The notes beneath the pieces are model-generated. The model saw only the letters and a list, made by a program, of their open reading frames with translations. It ran no database searches and was not told where the DNA came from. This document shows, piece after piece, positions 10,400-22,155 of a stretch of DNA of 64,000 nucleotides (the first letter of the stretch is position 1; every line of letters begins with the position of its first letter). This stretch comes from Octopus vulgaris (Eukaryota), in contig OX597821.1 in NCBI GenBank assembly GCA_951406725.2, positions 86,738,001-86,802,000 of the forward strand, written 5' to 3'. Made by a program: the position numbers and the translations under genes.

Positions 10400-10870
10400 T
10401 TAAAATTTTGGCACAAGGACAGCAAGCTCTGGGGAGGGAGTAAGTCAACTGGTACTCATTTTATTGACCCCAAAAGGATGAAAGTCAAAGCTGATCTTGG
10501 CTTGACAGAATTTGAATTTACAATGTAGAGACAGATGAAGTGGTACTAAACATTTTGCCCAGAGTCTGAAATATTATTAAACATTCTGCCAGGTTACAGC
10601 TTGGTGTCTATGGCTGGATGGCCTTTCTAACACCAACCATTTTATAAAGTGTGCTGGGTGCATTTACGTGGAACCAGCATGAGTGCTTTTTACATGGTAC
10701 TGGCACAGGACTCTTGCAGGCTAATCCTCTTCAGCAGTGGGAGAGGCAACCTTAATACTTCCACTGTGGAGTGTGGGTTTTCTTGAGTACAACAAGGTGC
10801 CAGATATCTCAGACCTTTGTCATCTCATCTGAAATGTTCAGCGTCCAGAGGTTGTCCTTCAGTATTTTGT
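10400..10870 (-). mobile_element. Decayed SINE B, family D and RTE-tail fragments
   Basis: Degenerate matches to TTATTGACCCC.AAAGGATGAAAG, GGCTGGATG.CCTT.CTAACACCAACC and the RTE 3' end. Confidence 0.55.
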
Positions 10871-11374
10871 TTTTATGTTCAGTTATAATAAAAACAACTT
10901 CACATTAATCTGAAGGTATATTGCATAATTTTATAGAATACAAACTTATATATGAAGGTGGTTAGAGTGTTGCTCTCATGATTGTAAGATCATGGTTTCA
11001 AATCTTGGACGGGGTGGTTTCTTGCTTTCTTGAGCAAAACACTTCATCTCCCATTGCTCTGTGATCACTTCAACACCTGATATGTGGTATAATGTGCACC
11101 TGTTTAGGTAAAATCAATTTGATGGCAGGAGTGAGCCAATGTACAGCTCATACATTTGATCAGTTAATGGAATTTTTTTTATCAGTTCACAAGGTTTATT
11201 TAAACAATAATTCTCAATTACATATGATATAAATTAGAAAAAAAAATTAAATTAGAAATTTTGACGAAACAGAACACAATTGAAAAAATTACAAAAAATA
11301 AACACAAAAAACCACAAAAAAAAACAAAAATAATTCACCACCTTAGGTTGAAAATTCTGGGGCACTGGGAAACC

Positions 11375-12740
11375 TCTCTAATAACTATTGAGACATGCCA
11401 GCATGTTTACAGCATTGCCACAAGTGATGGCAAGGTCGATGCGTTGGAACAACCAAGCATCCTCATGAGCTTCACCAGTTACCTCTGCTAGGTGAGCTGC
11501 CAGTGAAGACAGGAATCTCGCAGTTAGTGGCCCAACCCCACCAAGTGTCTCGAACACCACAGGATGGAAAAATGTAGTTGGCTGACAGATCATGGTACTT
11601 CAGGATTTTGCTCTACTTGGCTGCAGAAGCTGTGGATCTCACCCTGGCTGCAGCATTCAGGATATAAGAAGAAGCAAAAGAGTCGCTAACAGTGACGTCC
11701 CAGACAAGGCATCTGCCTCTTGACCAAGGGCACAGGGTGAGGCTGTCAGGTCTTTTCCCATCACATCTGGACAATCCAGATGGTTCCAAGATGGAGGGAT
11801 GTTTGCCCAGGCCAAGCTCCTCTTGAGTATAAGGTTTAATTCTGTATGATTCACAAAGCGACCAGCATTAAGGCAGCAAAAAGGACCATGGAGGCCTGTG
11901 GAATCAAGGAGCTTGCCACAATGACAGCTCAAACCCATGCATGCTTCAGCTCCCACTCTGAGGGCAACAGAGACATGAAGTTCGTCCAAGCTGAGAAGGC
12001 CACCGACATTAGCAGCAGGGATGGCATCAACCCAGTCACCTGAGTATTTGGCACAAGTAGACAGTAAGTGGTACCATGAAAACTGGTCCGACTGGATGAA
12101 GAGAGATTCAAAGGTGGCCTTTGACCTTATGTTGTCCCAAGCTCTCTGGCTCTGACAGTCCTCCACCTTCTCAGGAGCAGACAAGCCAAATTCACTCCAC
12201 TGTTGGAGAGCTTCATCCAACTCCCTATTGGAACTGGTCCACGTTGGAGAGGATGTTGCTCACCAGGGTGGAGCAGGCATGAGTAGAAGAAAGGAAGCAG
12301 GGGAAAGAAAGGGACAAATACTTATGAAGACCAAGACCCCCAAATTGCTTGGGCAATGCAGCCTGATTGCGGGATGTTGGAGAGAGTCTGATATTGACCA
12401 AGCATTCGAGTCTCCCTAAGATTAGGTTGTCAAAGCATTGGAGGCAAGATGGGAATCAGTGAGAGGAGCTGACTCTGAGCAAATATAGAAGCTTAGGGAT
12501 CGAAAGGTAATTTCTAAGTATGAAGAAACCTGGATGGGGTTCAATTGCTTCAATATTCTTCAGAAATTGCTCAAGAGCAGCCACCTTTGGCTGGAGGATG
12601 GACTCAAAGACAAAGTCAGAAATTGGGTCTCCTGTAATTTCAACAAGAAATTGTGGAACCGCCTTTGTTTGGCTATGAGCGACTGTCATCATATGTGCGT
12701 GTGTATGCGCGCTTACTTCAAATACTACCAAAGTCACCTT
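11375..12740 (-). pseudogene. Decayed CRE-like non-LTR retrotransposon (RT C-terminus, zinc knuckle, restriction-like endonuclease)
   Basis: Frameshifted minus ORFs: ILRNYLSIPKLLYLLR, CHCG..DSTGLH..C..H.ELN.ILKR, PWSRGRCLVWDVTV, F.PVVFETLGG.G..FL..L..TGE..WLFQRI.LAI..GNA. Confidence 0.8.
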
Positions 12741-13183
12741 TACATTGCATTCAAGAATTGTTAAAATAAAATATCAGTCAAATACTGGTATTTTATGCAA
12801 TCAATTTCTCCTTCTCCATCAAATCTCTGGCCCTGTGCCTATTTAAGACATTTTATATATGTTTTGTGGTTCCTTAACTTCTGCTGGGGTTGTAAGAGTG
12901 TCATTACAACATATACAACGTTATTAAGGCTGGCAGAGTCCATTTCTATCCAGTTCTTACACAGTCTGATAGCTAGAGTGTATGTCATCCTAAGCAGCCC
13001 TTAGGACCCCACAGCCTATACAGCAGACACCTAATATTACTGCCCCCCCCCCCATAAAAGCGTTGTCTTGGGCAAATTTCTTCTTCGTCCTACGCCAATA
13101 TTTTTGCTACTGGCATTAGAATAGCTGATATCTCCCAGAGGGGAAGAAAGAGAGTGTGTGTGTGATACATATATCGAGAGGGA

Positions 13184-13206
13184 GAGAGATAGAGAGATAG
13201 ATAGAG

Positions 13207-13301
<95 letters not shown>

Positions 13302-13310
13302 TAGAAAGAA
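13184..13310. repeat. (GATA)n/(GA)n compound microsatellite
   Basis: Direct reading. Confidence 0.95.
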
Positions 13311-13586
13311 AAAGAAGAGTAATGTAGGATTTGAACTCAGAACGAATACTGCCAACACAAGACGAATATTGTCGACTCTTATCGATCCTATCAAATCACC
13401 ACCATATGTGCATGTCTGTACGAAATTGAAACGTCAATTTTGTATGTGTGTAGGTGTTATTGCATTGGATCGAACATCAGTGTATGACTGGTACACATTA
13501 TATCTGACTGATGGATAGTAAAATCGATACCTCCGTGTTTGTTATTATTAAGTCCAACTTACAAGATAGTTAAGTGTTTATCAATA

Positions 13587-13651
13587 TTTCCAAGGGCAAC
13601 GCATTGATCTCAAGCACGTGTTCAGAGTTGTCTCCCTGTCACCATGGCTAC
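13587..13651. promoter_or_regulatory. Candidate promoter core: RFX X-box-like sites and an E-box in a relatively CpG-rich unique segment
   Basis: GTCACCATGGCTAC (13638-13651; 11/14 match to GTTGCCATGGCAAC), TTTCCAAGGGCAAC (13587-13600) and CACGTG (13615-13620). Confidence 0.35.
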
Positions 13652-14301
13652 TAAACGGTTTCAACTGACATGTGAACTGGTCAAACATTAATTCCTTTGT
13701 ATTTTTTTTCTGCCGTCTCCACCCTCAGTAATTTTATATATAATACAGCCACAATCGCCACAAACACTAACAAATAAACAGCCAGTGAGAGAGCTTTTCT
13801 AACTTGTTGGCTAGATTTGCTACATACAATAAGTATCTAGACTTTGCGCAAATCGTGCATCGCTTGTCTTAAGGAAAGGAAATATCGGATAATGCAGCTT
13901 TAGTAGTATTTTCCTTAAAAGACGGGCAATCACGTCTGAGATACCACTAGATTATTAGATCTGTTCCATTAAGTTTGATGCGGGAGTCAAACACCGACGA
14001 CAACAACAACAACAATAACAACTGCCCCACGATCAACCAACGAACCCCACGAACGATTACAACCCACCCTACAACAACAAACCACGCTTCTGCGAAACAA
14101 TAATAACGACAATGTGGATCGACAAATAGTATATGTCACCATCTTCATCATCTACTTAATATATCTACAAACAGCTACAAAACAGACAGTAGCCGCAACA
14201 TCAACAACAACTACAACATACACCCGTAATAGCGGCCTGACTTTTTCATCTATCACTTATTTCACCTAAGATCTTGGAAAGACACTTTGTATAACGCCGA
14301 G

Positions 14302-14366
<65 letters not shown>

Positions 14367-15400
14367 TGTATGTATGTATGTATATACTAAATCTTAGCAA
14401 AGATGGGATGGTCATGACTGGATCAATTTTGATCCTTACTCTTCTCAGTCGGGACTGATCTTAGAAATAAACAACAAAGACACGGTACGAGTCAACGAGG
14501 AAGGGCTCCTTTACGTGGTCGCTTGCCTTTACTCGAAATATCAGCCAAATCTCCTTCATTTCACGTCCTACCGTATTATGAAAGGTACCACTAAATTATG
14601 TAGTCCTGGAGATACTACGACTGAAAAAGAAGGCGGGACGGTCGCGGTCTTTCTTTATTGTGCTGGTCAATCACAACCAACACCAGCACTACCACCACCA
14701 CCACCACCACCATTATCAACAACGCCAACAATAACACACACCAATGACCAACAAATAGCCACGACTACAACATACACCAACAGATATAACTAGAACCATG
14801 CAATTGTAATCAACAACGACGACCACCACCACTATCACCACCGCCACCACCACCACAGCAGCAGTAGCAGCAACCACCCACCATCAAGAATTAACACTAT
14901 CACCCCAGGTTAAGCAGGTGAAATCAATCAGTCATTTAAACAGCTTGAAAGATAGTGCGAACTGGAGCATTAAGTGCCACTGGACACATGTATTAATGGT
15001 AAGTGTTTCCGCATTCATGTTTCCACCCTCATATTTCCACACTTTTGTTTGCCTACCTGTGTCTACACACCTGTGTCTCTTTTGTCATACTATCACACGT
15101 TTCCATGCTCACTATTCCTCACTCAAGTTTTCACGTTTCCTCTCACTTTTCCACCTATTTCCACACTCATGTAGCTACATCTATACCAATTTATTACTGA
15201 TTCTTGGTCTCACCTGATTTCAATTCCTTGTTGCTATTAATGTCACTTATATTTAGGTTCCTAATTCATGTCCTCAAGGAAAAAGAATGATCTTTAGTGC
15301 CTTGGGCTTGTATGAAAAAAAAACCCATCTTCCTCCGTCTCCTCACTGTCCTCATCATCTTTGTCATTATCGTTGTTGTCATTATCATCATAGTCACCAA

Positions 15401-15620
15401 GGCGGTGAGCTGGCAGAATCATTAGCACGCTGGATGCAATGCTTAGCAGTATTTCACCCATCTCTACTTTCTGAGTTCAAATTCTGCTGAGGTTGATTTT
15501 ACTTCTCATCCGTTCGGGGTTGATAAATTAAGTACCAGTTGTATACTGAGGTCGATCTAATCGATTGGCTCCTTCCCCGACACCCAAAATTTCAGGCCTT
15601 GTACCTATAGTAAAAAGGAT
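15401..15620 (+). mobile_element. SINE family B, diverged
   Basis: GGCGGTGAGCTGGCAGAATCATTAGCAC head and central domain. Confidence 0.8.
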
Positions 15621-15934
15621 GATCATCATAGTCAGTAGCACAAAAGGACCATTTAAAGGTAAGTGGTATATGCCCCCCACTTCCCACTAGGTCCAACACT
15701 AACTGCTACTTGCAGTTTTTCTTTTTCTTTCCCAGAACAACATACATTGACCCCCTGGAAGTTGTCTCTGCTCATGTCTTTTCTGCAGGAGTTGACTGCA
15801 AAAGTTCAAGGGGAATGTTAATAGTATCAATCCAACTGGTCTGCATAAGTTATGGGTACAGACCCTTCCACCAGACTTGGCAAGAAAAAGAGAAGCAGAA
15901 AAAAATTCTGTAACTTTATTTTAATTCTCAGTGA

Positions 15935-16167
15935 TCTATTTCTTTACTACCCACAAGGGGCTAAACACAGAAGGGACAAACAAGGACAGACAAACGGATT
16001 AAGTTGATAACATCGACCCCGGTGCGTAACTGGTACTTAATTTATCGACCCCGAAAGGATGAAAGGCAAAATCGACCTCAGCGGAATTTGAACTCAGAAC
16101 GTAACGGCAGACAAAATACGGCTGCGCATTTCGCCCGGCGTGCTAACGTTTCTGCCAGCTCGCCGCC
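15935..16167 (-). mobile_element. SINE family B, young copy with 14-bp TSD
   Basis: TTAATTCTCAGTGA at 15921-15934 and 16168-16181 flanks a full-length, CpG-rich copy. Confidence 0.93.
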
Positions 16168-16402
16168 TTAATTCTCAGTGACCATCATATCTTTAACCCT
16201 TTTGATGCCAACCCAGTTGAAACTGCTTCTGGCTCTTTAGTCACAATTTATGTTCCCAACACTAGCTTAATGATAACTAAGTTATTTTACGAAATTCTTT
16301 GTTATATTTAAAATTAATTGAAAGACACACAGAGCATCTCAAAATAAGACAAGACCCCTACAACATTTCCTCCCTGTTTCTCTCTTGTATTTATACATCC
16401 AT

Positions 16403-16441
<39 letters not shown>

Positions 16442-16449
16442 TACATACA

Positions 16450-16484
<35 letters not shown>

Positions 16485-16497
16485 GTGTGTGTGTGTG

Positions 16498-16713
16498 TGT
16501 TAAATAAAATGAGACAATGAAGCCAAAGCAGTGTGAAATTTCTAGTACATTTATAAAGAGAAAGGTAGCCTTACAGCTGTTTCAGGGATATCTTTGATAT
16601 CCCATCATCAGAGACGATATGAGAAAGTTAAATAACAGGAAAAGGTAGAGTTCAATATAAATGTCCTAGAAATTTCACACTGCCTTGGCTCTATTGTCTC
16701 ATCTTATTTAACA
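16498..16713. repeat. Inverted repeat (58-bp arms) enclosing a hammerhead ribozyme in its 100-nt loop
   Basis: 16498-16555 pairs with 16656-16713 with about 5 mismatches; a second hairpin lies at 16734-16785. Confidence 0.9.
16568..16615 (-). ncRNA. Type I hammerhead ribozyme with intact core
   Basis: Minus strand reads GTCT-CTGATGA-T-GGGATATC-AAA-GATATCCC-T-GAAA-CAGCTG-TA-AGGC. Core CUGAUGA/GAAA/UH is complete, stem II is 8 bp, stem I is 4 bp (one G.U), stem III is the palindrome ACAGCUGU. Predicted cleavage after GUA, between 16572 and 16571. Confidence 0.85.
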
Positions 16714-16864
16714 TATACACGCTCACACATGACCTGCTTTAGACTCCTCATTCATATTATTATTGAACCGGGAGTCTAACAGCAGTTCTTCTGTAGTACT
16801 TACATAGCCTTACCTGCCTTCTGGGTCTTCTGGATACCAAAACCTCTCATATATATATATATAT

Positions 16865-17253
16865 GAGTGGCTGTATTGTAGGTAGCTTGCTTACCAGCCA
16901 CATGGTTCCAGGTTCATTCCCACTGCATGGCACCTTGGGCAAGTGTCTTCTGCTATAGCCCCGAGCCGACCAATGCCTTGTGAGTGGATTTGGTGGACAG
17001 AAACTCAAAGAAGCCCGTTGTATATATGTATATATGTGTGTGTATGCGTGTTTGTGTGTCTGTGTTTGTCCCCCTAGCATTGCTTGACAACCGATGCTGC
17101 TGTGTTTATGTCCCTGTCACTTAGCGGTTCAGCAAAAGAGACTGATAGAATAAGTACTGGGCTTACAAAGAATAAATCCTGGGGTCGATTTGCTTGACTA
17201 AAGGTGGTGCTCCAGCATGGCCACAGTCAAATGACTGAAGCAAGTAAAAATAA
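16865..17253 (+). mobile_element. SINE family A
   Basis: Colinear with 7710-8152. Confidence 0.9.
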
Positions 17254-17356
17254 ATATATTTATATGCTTTATCTTATATTTAATCTTTCTATAATATGTA
17301 ATTTTTCTAAATGGTATAATTTAACTTTTCATTATTGAATTGATAAAAAGTGATTT

Positions 17357-17399
<43 letters not shown>

Positions 17400-17632
17400 T
17401 TGCTATTATGTTAAACTGTCATATGTCCAAATTTGGCCAAATGCATTTTCTCAGTATTCATTTTTGCTTGCAATTGCGGGTTCTTTTGGTCAAACTATAC
17501 CTATCTCCAGCTGCTTCAGATGCCAAGATATCAAAAATTGTCTAAGTGTAGTAGAACTGTTTTGCTGTGTAATGGTGAAAAAAGCAACGTTTTGGACTCA
17601 TGACACTTTTGCATAATAGCAATGATATATAT

Positions 17633-18180
17633 ATCATCATCATCATCATCATCATCATCGTTTAACGTCCGTTCTCCATGCTAGCATGGGTTGGACGGTT
17701 CGACCGGGGATCTGGGAAGCCAGAAGGCTGCACCAGGCTCCAGTCTTATCTGGCAATGTTTCTACAGCTGGATGCCCTTCCTAACGCCAACCACTCCGTG
17801 AGTGTAGTGGGTGCTTTTTACGTGCTACCTGCATTAAATTAAATTATATATCTATCAGCTCTGTCTGGCCCCCGTGTTGGTGGCACGTAAAAGCCCCATC
17901 CGTTCGTGTCCGTTGCCAGCCTCGCCTGGCCCCGTGCCGGTGACACGTAAAAGCACCATCCGTTCGTGGCCGTTTGCCAGCTCTGTCTGGCACCTGTGCG
18001 GGTGGCACGTAAAAAGCACCCACTACACTCACGGAGTGGTTGGCGTTAGGAAGGGCATCCAGCCGTAGAAACACTGCCAGATCTGACTGGGCCTGATGAA
18101 GCCTTCCAGCTTCACAGACCCCAGTTGAACCGTCCAACCCATGCTAGCATGGAGAACAGACGCTAAATGATGATGATGAT
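17633..18180. mobile_element. Two family-D copies in inverted, tails-outward orientation
   Basis: (CAT)n-CGTTTAACGTCC.. minus copy at 17633-17830; plus copy at 17860-18180 ending in (GAT)n. Confidence 0.85.
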
Positions 18181-18771
18181 ATATATATATATATATTTAT
18201 ATATAAAGTTGCTTAGAGGATAAGTTAGCCCCATAAAAAGATGGTTGCAGGATGGTTGCATCCAAAGAAATACCGGTTTTATGCCTAGTAATTTTGAGAA
18301 AGGAAATTTCTTTAAATCATTAGATATGTGTTAAGAATAAAGTTCATGTTGTGATAAATGAAGGAAAGAAAATGGAGAGTTAAGATAATAATGATTATTT
18401 ATTATTAAAAAATTGGTAATCGTTACTTCTTACAGCCATTTCCATTATTGTTCAATAGGGAAATTACAAATTTATGCTTTAAATTTTCATTTATATGTTA
18501 TGAGTATGAAAATGAGAAAGATATACATTAAGATATTACATGTGGTCCCTTCCGTTCATGCAAGCAGACTAAATAAGGAGTTATTATTTTTTATTGTTAT
18601 GTGTGGGTAAAGGATTAACAGATCAGTTAGAATATAAGGGGTAACAATAAAGGATAAAATATAATGAAATAAAAAGTGAATAAAGTAAAAATGGAAATAA
18701 AATGAAGAAAATTTAAAATGAATAATGTAAATGTAAAATAAGTAAATAATAGAAGTAAAATATCCAATTAT

Positions 18772-18810
<39 letters not shown>

Positions 18811-19143
18811 GTGCATTCATAGTCGTTTACATATATATATATATATATATATAAAAGGAACAAAAACATACAGATCTCAAATCAATCAGTCAATGCCCGT
18901 TGGTTGAGGAAATTTTAAACTAGTGTGTGTATGCAATAGCATCTCCAGAAGAAAATATATCTAGTCATAACAGTTATTCTGATACAATCATACACAGACA
19001 CACTCATATATATATAGAAATACAACAAGAGGCTTCCAAATAGGAAAGCCTTGTGCTAGAAAGAGCAGTAGAAAACTCAAACCACCAATTAAGGATAAAT
19101 TCTCGAAAGGAATGAAAATTAAAAGCGTTTACCATCTCAATTA

Positions 19144-19217
19144 TTTCCCAGACCATGGTTTCTAACTATTTCCAGCCAAAAAATATTTGCTGAAGGCCAG
19201 TCTTCATTAGTGGGAAA
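19144..19217 (-). ncRNA. Type I hammerhead ribozyme motif with G5A substitution
   Basis: Minus strand reads TTTCCCA-CTAATGA-A-GACTG-GCC-TTCAGC-loop-GCTGGA-AA-TAGTT-A-GAAA-CCATGG-TC-TGGGAAA. Stem I is 7 bp, stem III is the palindrome ACCAUGGU, triplet GUC. Confidence 0.75.
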
Positions 19218-19404
19218 CCTTTGGATTTCAAATATACATACAGCCAGGTCCACACGTAAAACTAACTGCCTGCATATCCTAACTTTTCAGACCACTGCGC
19301 AGACGCGGATTATACCTGGCGACAGAGAGGATGCCGGTAAAAATTTTTGTGCTAGGCCACTGGTAATAATAATTTTTTATTACCCTATTGTTATTTATTA
19401 TGTT

Positions 19405-19453
<49 letters not shown>

Positions 19454-19699
19454 GCATATGCCAATACACGTACACATATTCAAACATATATATATAGATA
19501 CATATACATACACGTACATGCACATGTACATACATACATACATATATATATAAAATTTAAAATAATAAGGGTGAAAAATTGAATATTAATTTGATTAATA
19601 TCAATTTAAAACCAGTGGTCTAGCATATAGAAAAATCTGAAGATTCAGAAAAATTATATTACATTCATATAAGAGGGATGACCACTAAGTGGACAGGAG

Positions 19700-20150
19700 C
19701 TGGCCATCTGAAGAGCTGTCCAGGCTCCATGTCTGTTTTGGCATGGTCCCTAAGACTGGATGCCCTTCCTAACACCAACCCCTTTACAGAGTGTACTGGA
19801 TGCTTTTACACAGTACTGGCACTGGTGCATTTACGTGGCACTGGTATAAGTGCTTTTTACATGGCACCATCACCCACAAACCCGCAAGAAAGGAATGCTC
19901 AACCGGAGAGGAATACAAGAGACAAGACTATATGCAAGGACAACCATGCTTTTACTTAGCTTGGTGTGTTTTCTCAAGCATAGCCAATTGCCTGGAGTCT
20001 TGGTCCCTTGCCATCCCCTCTGTGAGTACCAACATCTGTAGATCCTTTCTCACCACTTCGTCCCATATCCTACTGGATCTACCTCTTCCACATGTTCCCT
20101 CTACAATTAACGATTGGCACTTCTTGTTGCAACAATCTTCATTCATATGC
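19700..20150 (-). mobile_element. Family-D tail plus RTE-type LINE 3' fragment
   Basis: Minus ORF VEGTCGRGRSSRIWDEVVRKDL resembles 6040-6290. Confidence 0.65.
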
Positions 20151-20454
20151 AAAAAATTTGAACACAAGTATTTTCGAGAAAAACATTTAAAAGTGTCTTT
20201 AGTTGCTTAAATAAATATTAATGATTTGTTCTGCTACAATTCCTTTGATTATAAAATTTTTATATGACCTTTGATACTTTTTTATAAAAATTTTTTTCAG
20301 TTGCCCACAAATTTTCTAATTTGTCTTGCGTTTTTCTTTTATTTTCAATTTTAGATTTAAAGAAAAAGGAAGAAGCAAAAACACAAATACTAAAAAAAAT
20401 ACACTCCTCTGCCTATATATATATTTGAAATCGGCTGAAATAACAATTGAAGCA

Positions 20455-21387
20455 ATGGAGAACACACCCGATTTGGAAGGAGTGAAGACAGATAAAAAGG
20501 GTGAAAATGTAGATGTTGGTGTAGAGCAGAATGCAGTTACAGAATCTAGTCATGATGAAGACAAACCTGAAGGAGAAGAAGAAGCCCTGCCTGAGACATC
20601 CCAGTTGGAACCAAAGACATCAGAAGAAAATGAAATGTCAAAAAATGAGCAATCACCAGAAGAGACAACTTTACCAGAAGAGGTCCCCGTAGCAGTACAA
20701 TCGCCTTCTAATGAGGACACTGAACTTAATCCAAGCTCATCCTTTGATAAACCTGAGCAAGAAAGTAATCTATCACGAGAGAAAACGTTTGACAAATCTG
20801 ATGAAGTTATAGAACCGAGAAAGGATCCAAAACAGGAACCCCTTGCCAAGAGCACTCCTGATTCAGAATCTTCAGCAAAAGAGAAGATTCCTGAATCAAA
20901 ATCAGACCCCATATTTAATTATATTGATAACGATCTCTCAGAAGCTTCAGAGAAATCAAATTCAAAAACACAAGAATTGGATTCTCTCATAAAATATTAC
21001 TTGAAGCAAGATTCACGGAAAAACTCTGATGGAATTTTTATAGCACCTGTTCACAAGGTATGCTCTCAAAATTCCAGGTTAAACCAGCAGTCACAAGTTA
21101 ACCTGAATTATAGGGGTCAAGAAGAATTTTCATTCAGTAATCCAGAACATTCTTTGAACAGTGTCATTTTAGATTCAGTTAGAACAAGAAAACTTGCACA
21201 TGGAATTCACCCAGTAACATTAAATGCCTATTCTTCAAAGCATAAGGCTAACTCTTCCCCTCTTTGGCATAATGATAAAGATCGAAATAAAATCATAGAA
21301 TCTTTGGAAAGAGCATCTCAGAATTACAGCCAAGCTATGAAGACTCTAGAAGATCTAGCAGATAGATTGAAGCTGTGTGAATCTTGA
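20455..21387 (+). CDS. Uncharacterised 310-aa protein: acidic low-complexity N-half, short C-terminal helical/coiled-coil segment; probably one coding exon
   Basis: Uninterrupted non-repetitive ORF. ATG in good Kozak context (GCAATGG). Polypyrimidine splice acceptor TTTTCAATTTTAG ends at 20354. Repeat-free downstream region with AATAAA at 22143 and 22150. Confidence 0.75.
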   Translation: MENTPDLEGVKTDKKGENVDVGVEQNAVTESSHDEDKPEGEEEALPETSQLEPKTSEENEMSKNEQSPEETTLPEEVPVAVQSPSNEDTELNPSSSFDKPEQESNLSREKTFDKSDEVIEPRKDPKQEPLAKSTPDSESSAKEKIPESKSDPIFNYIDNDLSEASEKSNSKTQELDSLIKYYLKQDSRKNSDGIFIAPVHKVCSQNSRLNQQSQVNLNYRGQEEFSFSNPEHSLNSVILDSVRTRKLAHGIHPVTLNAYSSKHKANSSPLWHNDKDRNKIIESLERASQNYSQAMKTLEDLADRLKLCES

Positions 21388-22142
21388 ATTGGCAAAAAGA
21401 AAACTGGGCATGAATGTCTTAATTATATTACTCAAGTGATTGTTCATAAAAGTTTGGACTAACCAAAGACTTATGATCATAAATTTGAATGTTTGATTTG
21501 TTTCAATTTTAAAAAAAATTTTATTCTCCCATATCTTTCTCCATATATGATGGCTGGGTGGGGGTCATTCTTCAGTTTTAGATATCTGCAAACGAATCGT
21601 TGGAACATGTGACCTTACAGTTTCATATTTGTCTCTTTTCAATAAGTAATCGGTTGTGAAATACAATGGTTGCCTCTTGTACAACTAAGCAAATGGATGC
21701 ACATTAAGAAATGTATATTGCTTAATGGGATAACAGAGTGGTTGTCATAATTACTATTCTAGTATACAATTATCTGCCTTCAGCTAACAGTCTTTTAATT
21801 AATTCACAATCATCAATCAGAAGTCTGGACCCCAAGCTTATGTAGAAGGTAGTAATAATATGAACACTGGAGACAATAGTATCCCTGCTCAAATTGTATA
21901 CTTTTGGTGAATTTATTTACTATTCATGAACTAAGTCTAACTTGATTAACATAGGCTGAATAATAGTAATTTTAACTTTTTTTTTTTGCATTTGACTGAT
22001 TATTACCATTAGATGCATCAACTGTTTTACTGATTGGACGAGAATTCATGGAAATATCTAAAAAGAGCAAACATTTGAAATTGGAGTTAAATGAAGAAGA
22101 ATAATACAAAGCAAACCAAAGAGAAAATTCTTTAAATTATAA

Positions 22143-22155
22143 AATAAAAAATAAA
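22143..22155 (+). other. Candidate polyadenylation signals for the 20455 gene
   Basis: Two AATAAA hexamers at the end of a ~750-bp repeat-free putative 3' UTR. Confidence 0.4.

Noticed and set aside
18425-18570. Possible hammerhead (minus strand GAAA-TGGCTG-TA-AGAAG)
   Set aside because: No matching CUGANGA or stem I found upstream; at most a half relic.
19637-19660. CTGAAGA-TTCA-GAAA motif
   Set aside because: No credible stem II or stem I pairing.
20326-20454. N-terminal extension of the 353-aa ORF from a TTG start
   Set aside because: It overlaps a polypyrimidine tract and splice acceptor; the first ATG is at 20455. In-frame splicing from an upstream coding exon cannot be excluded.
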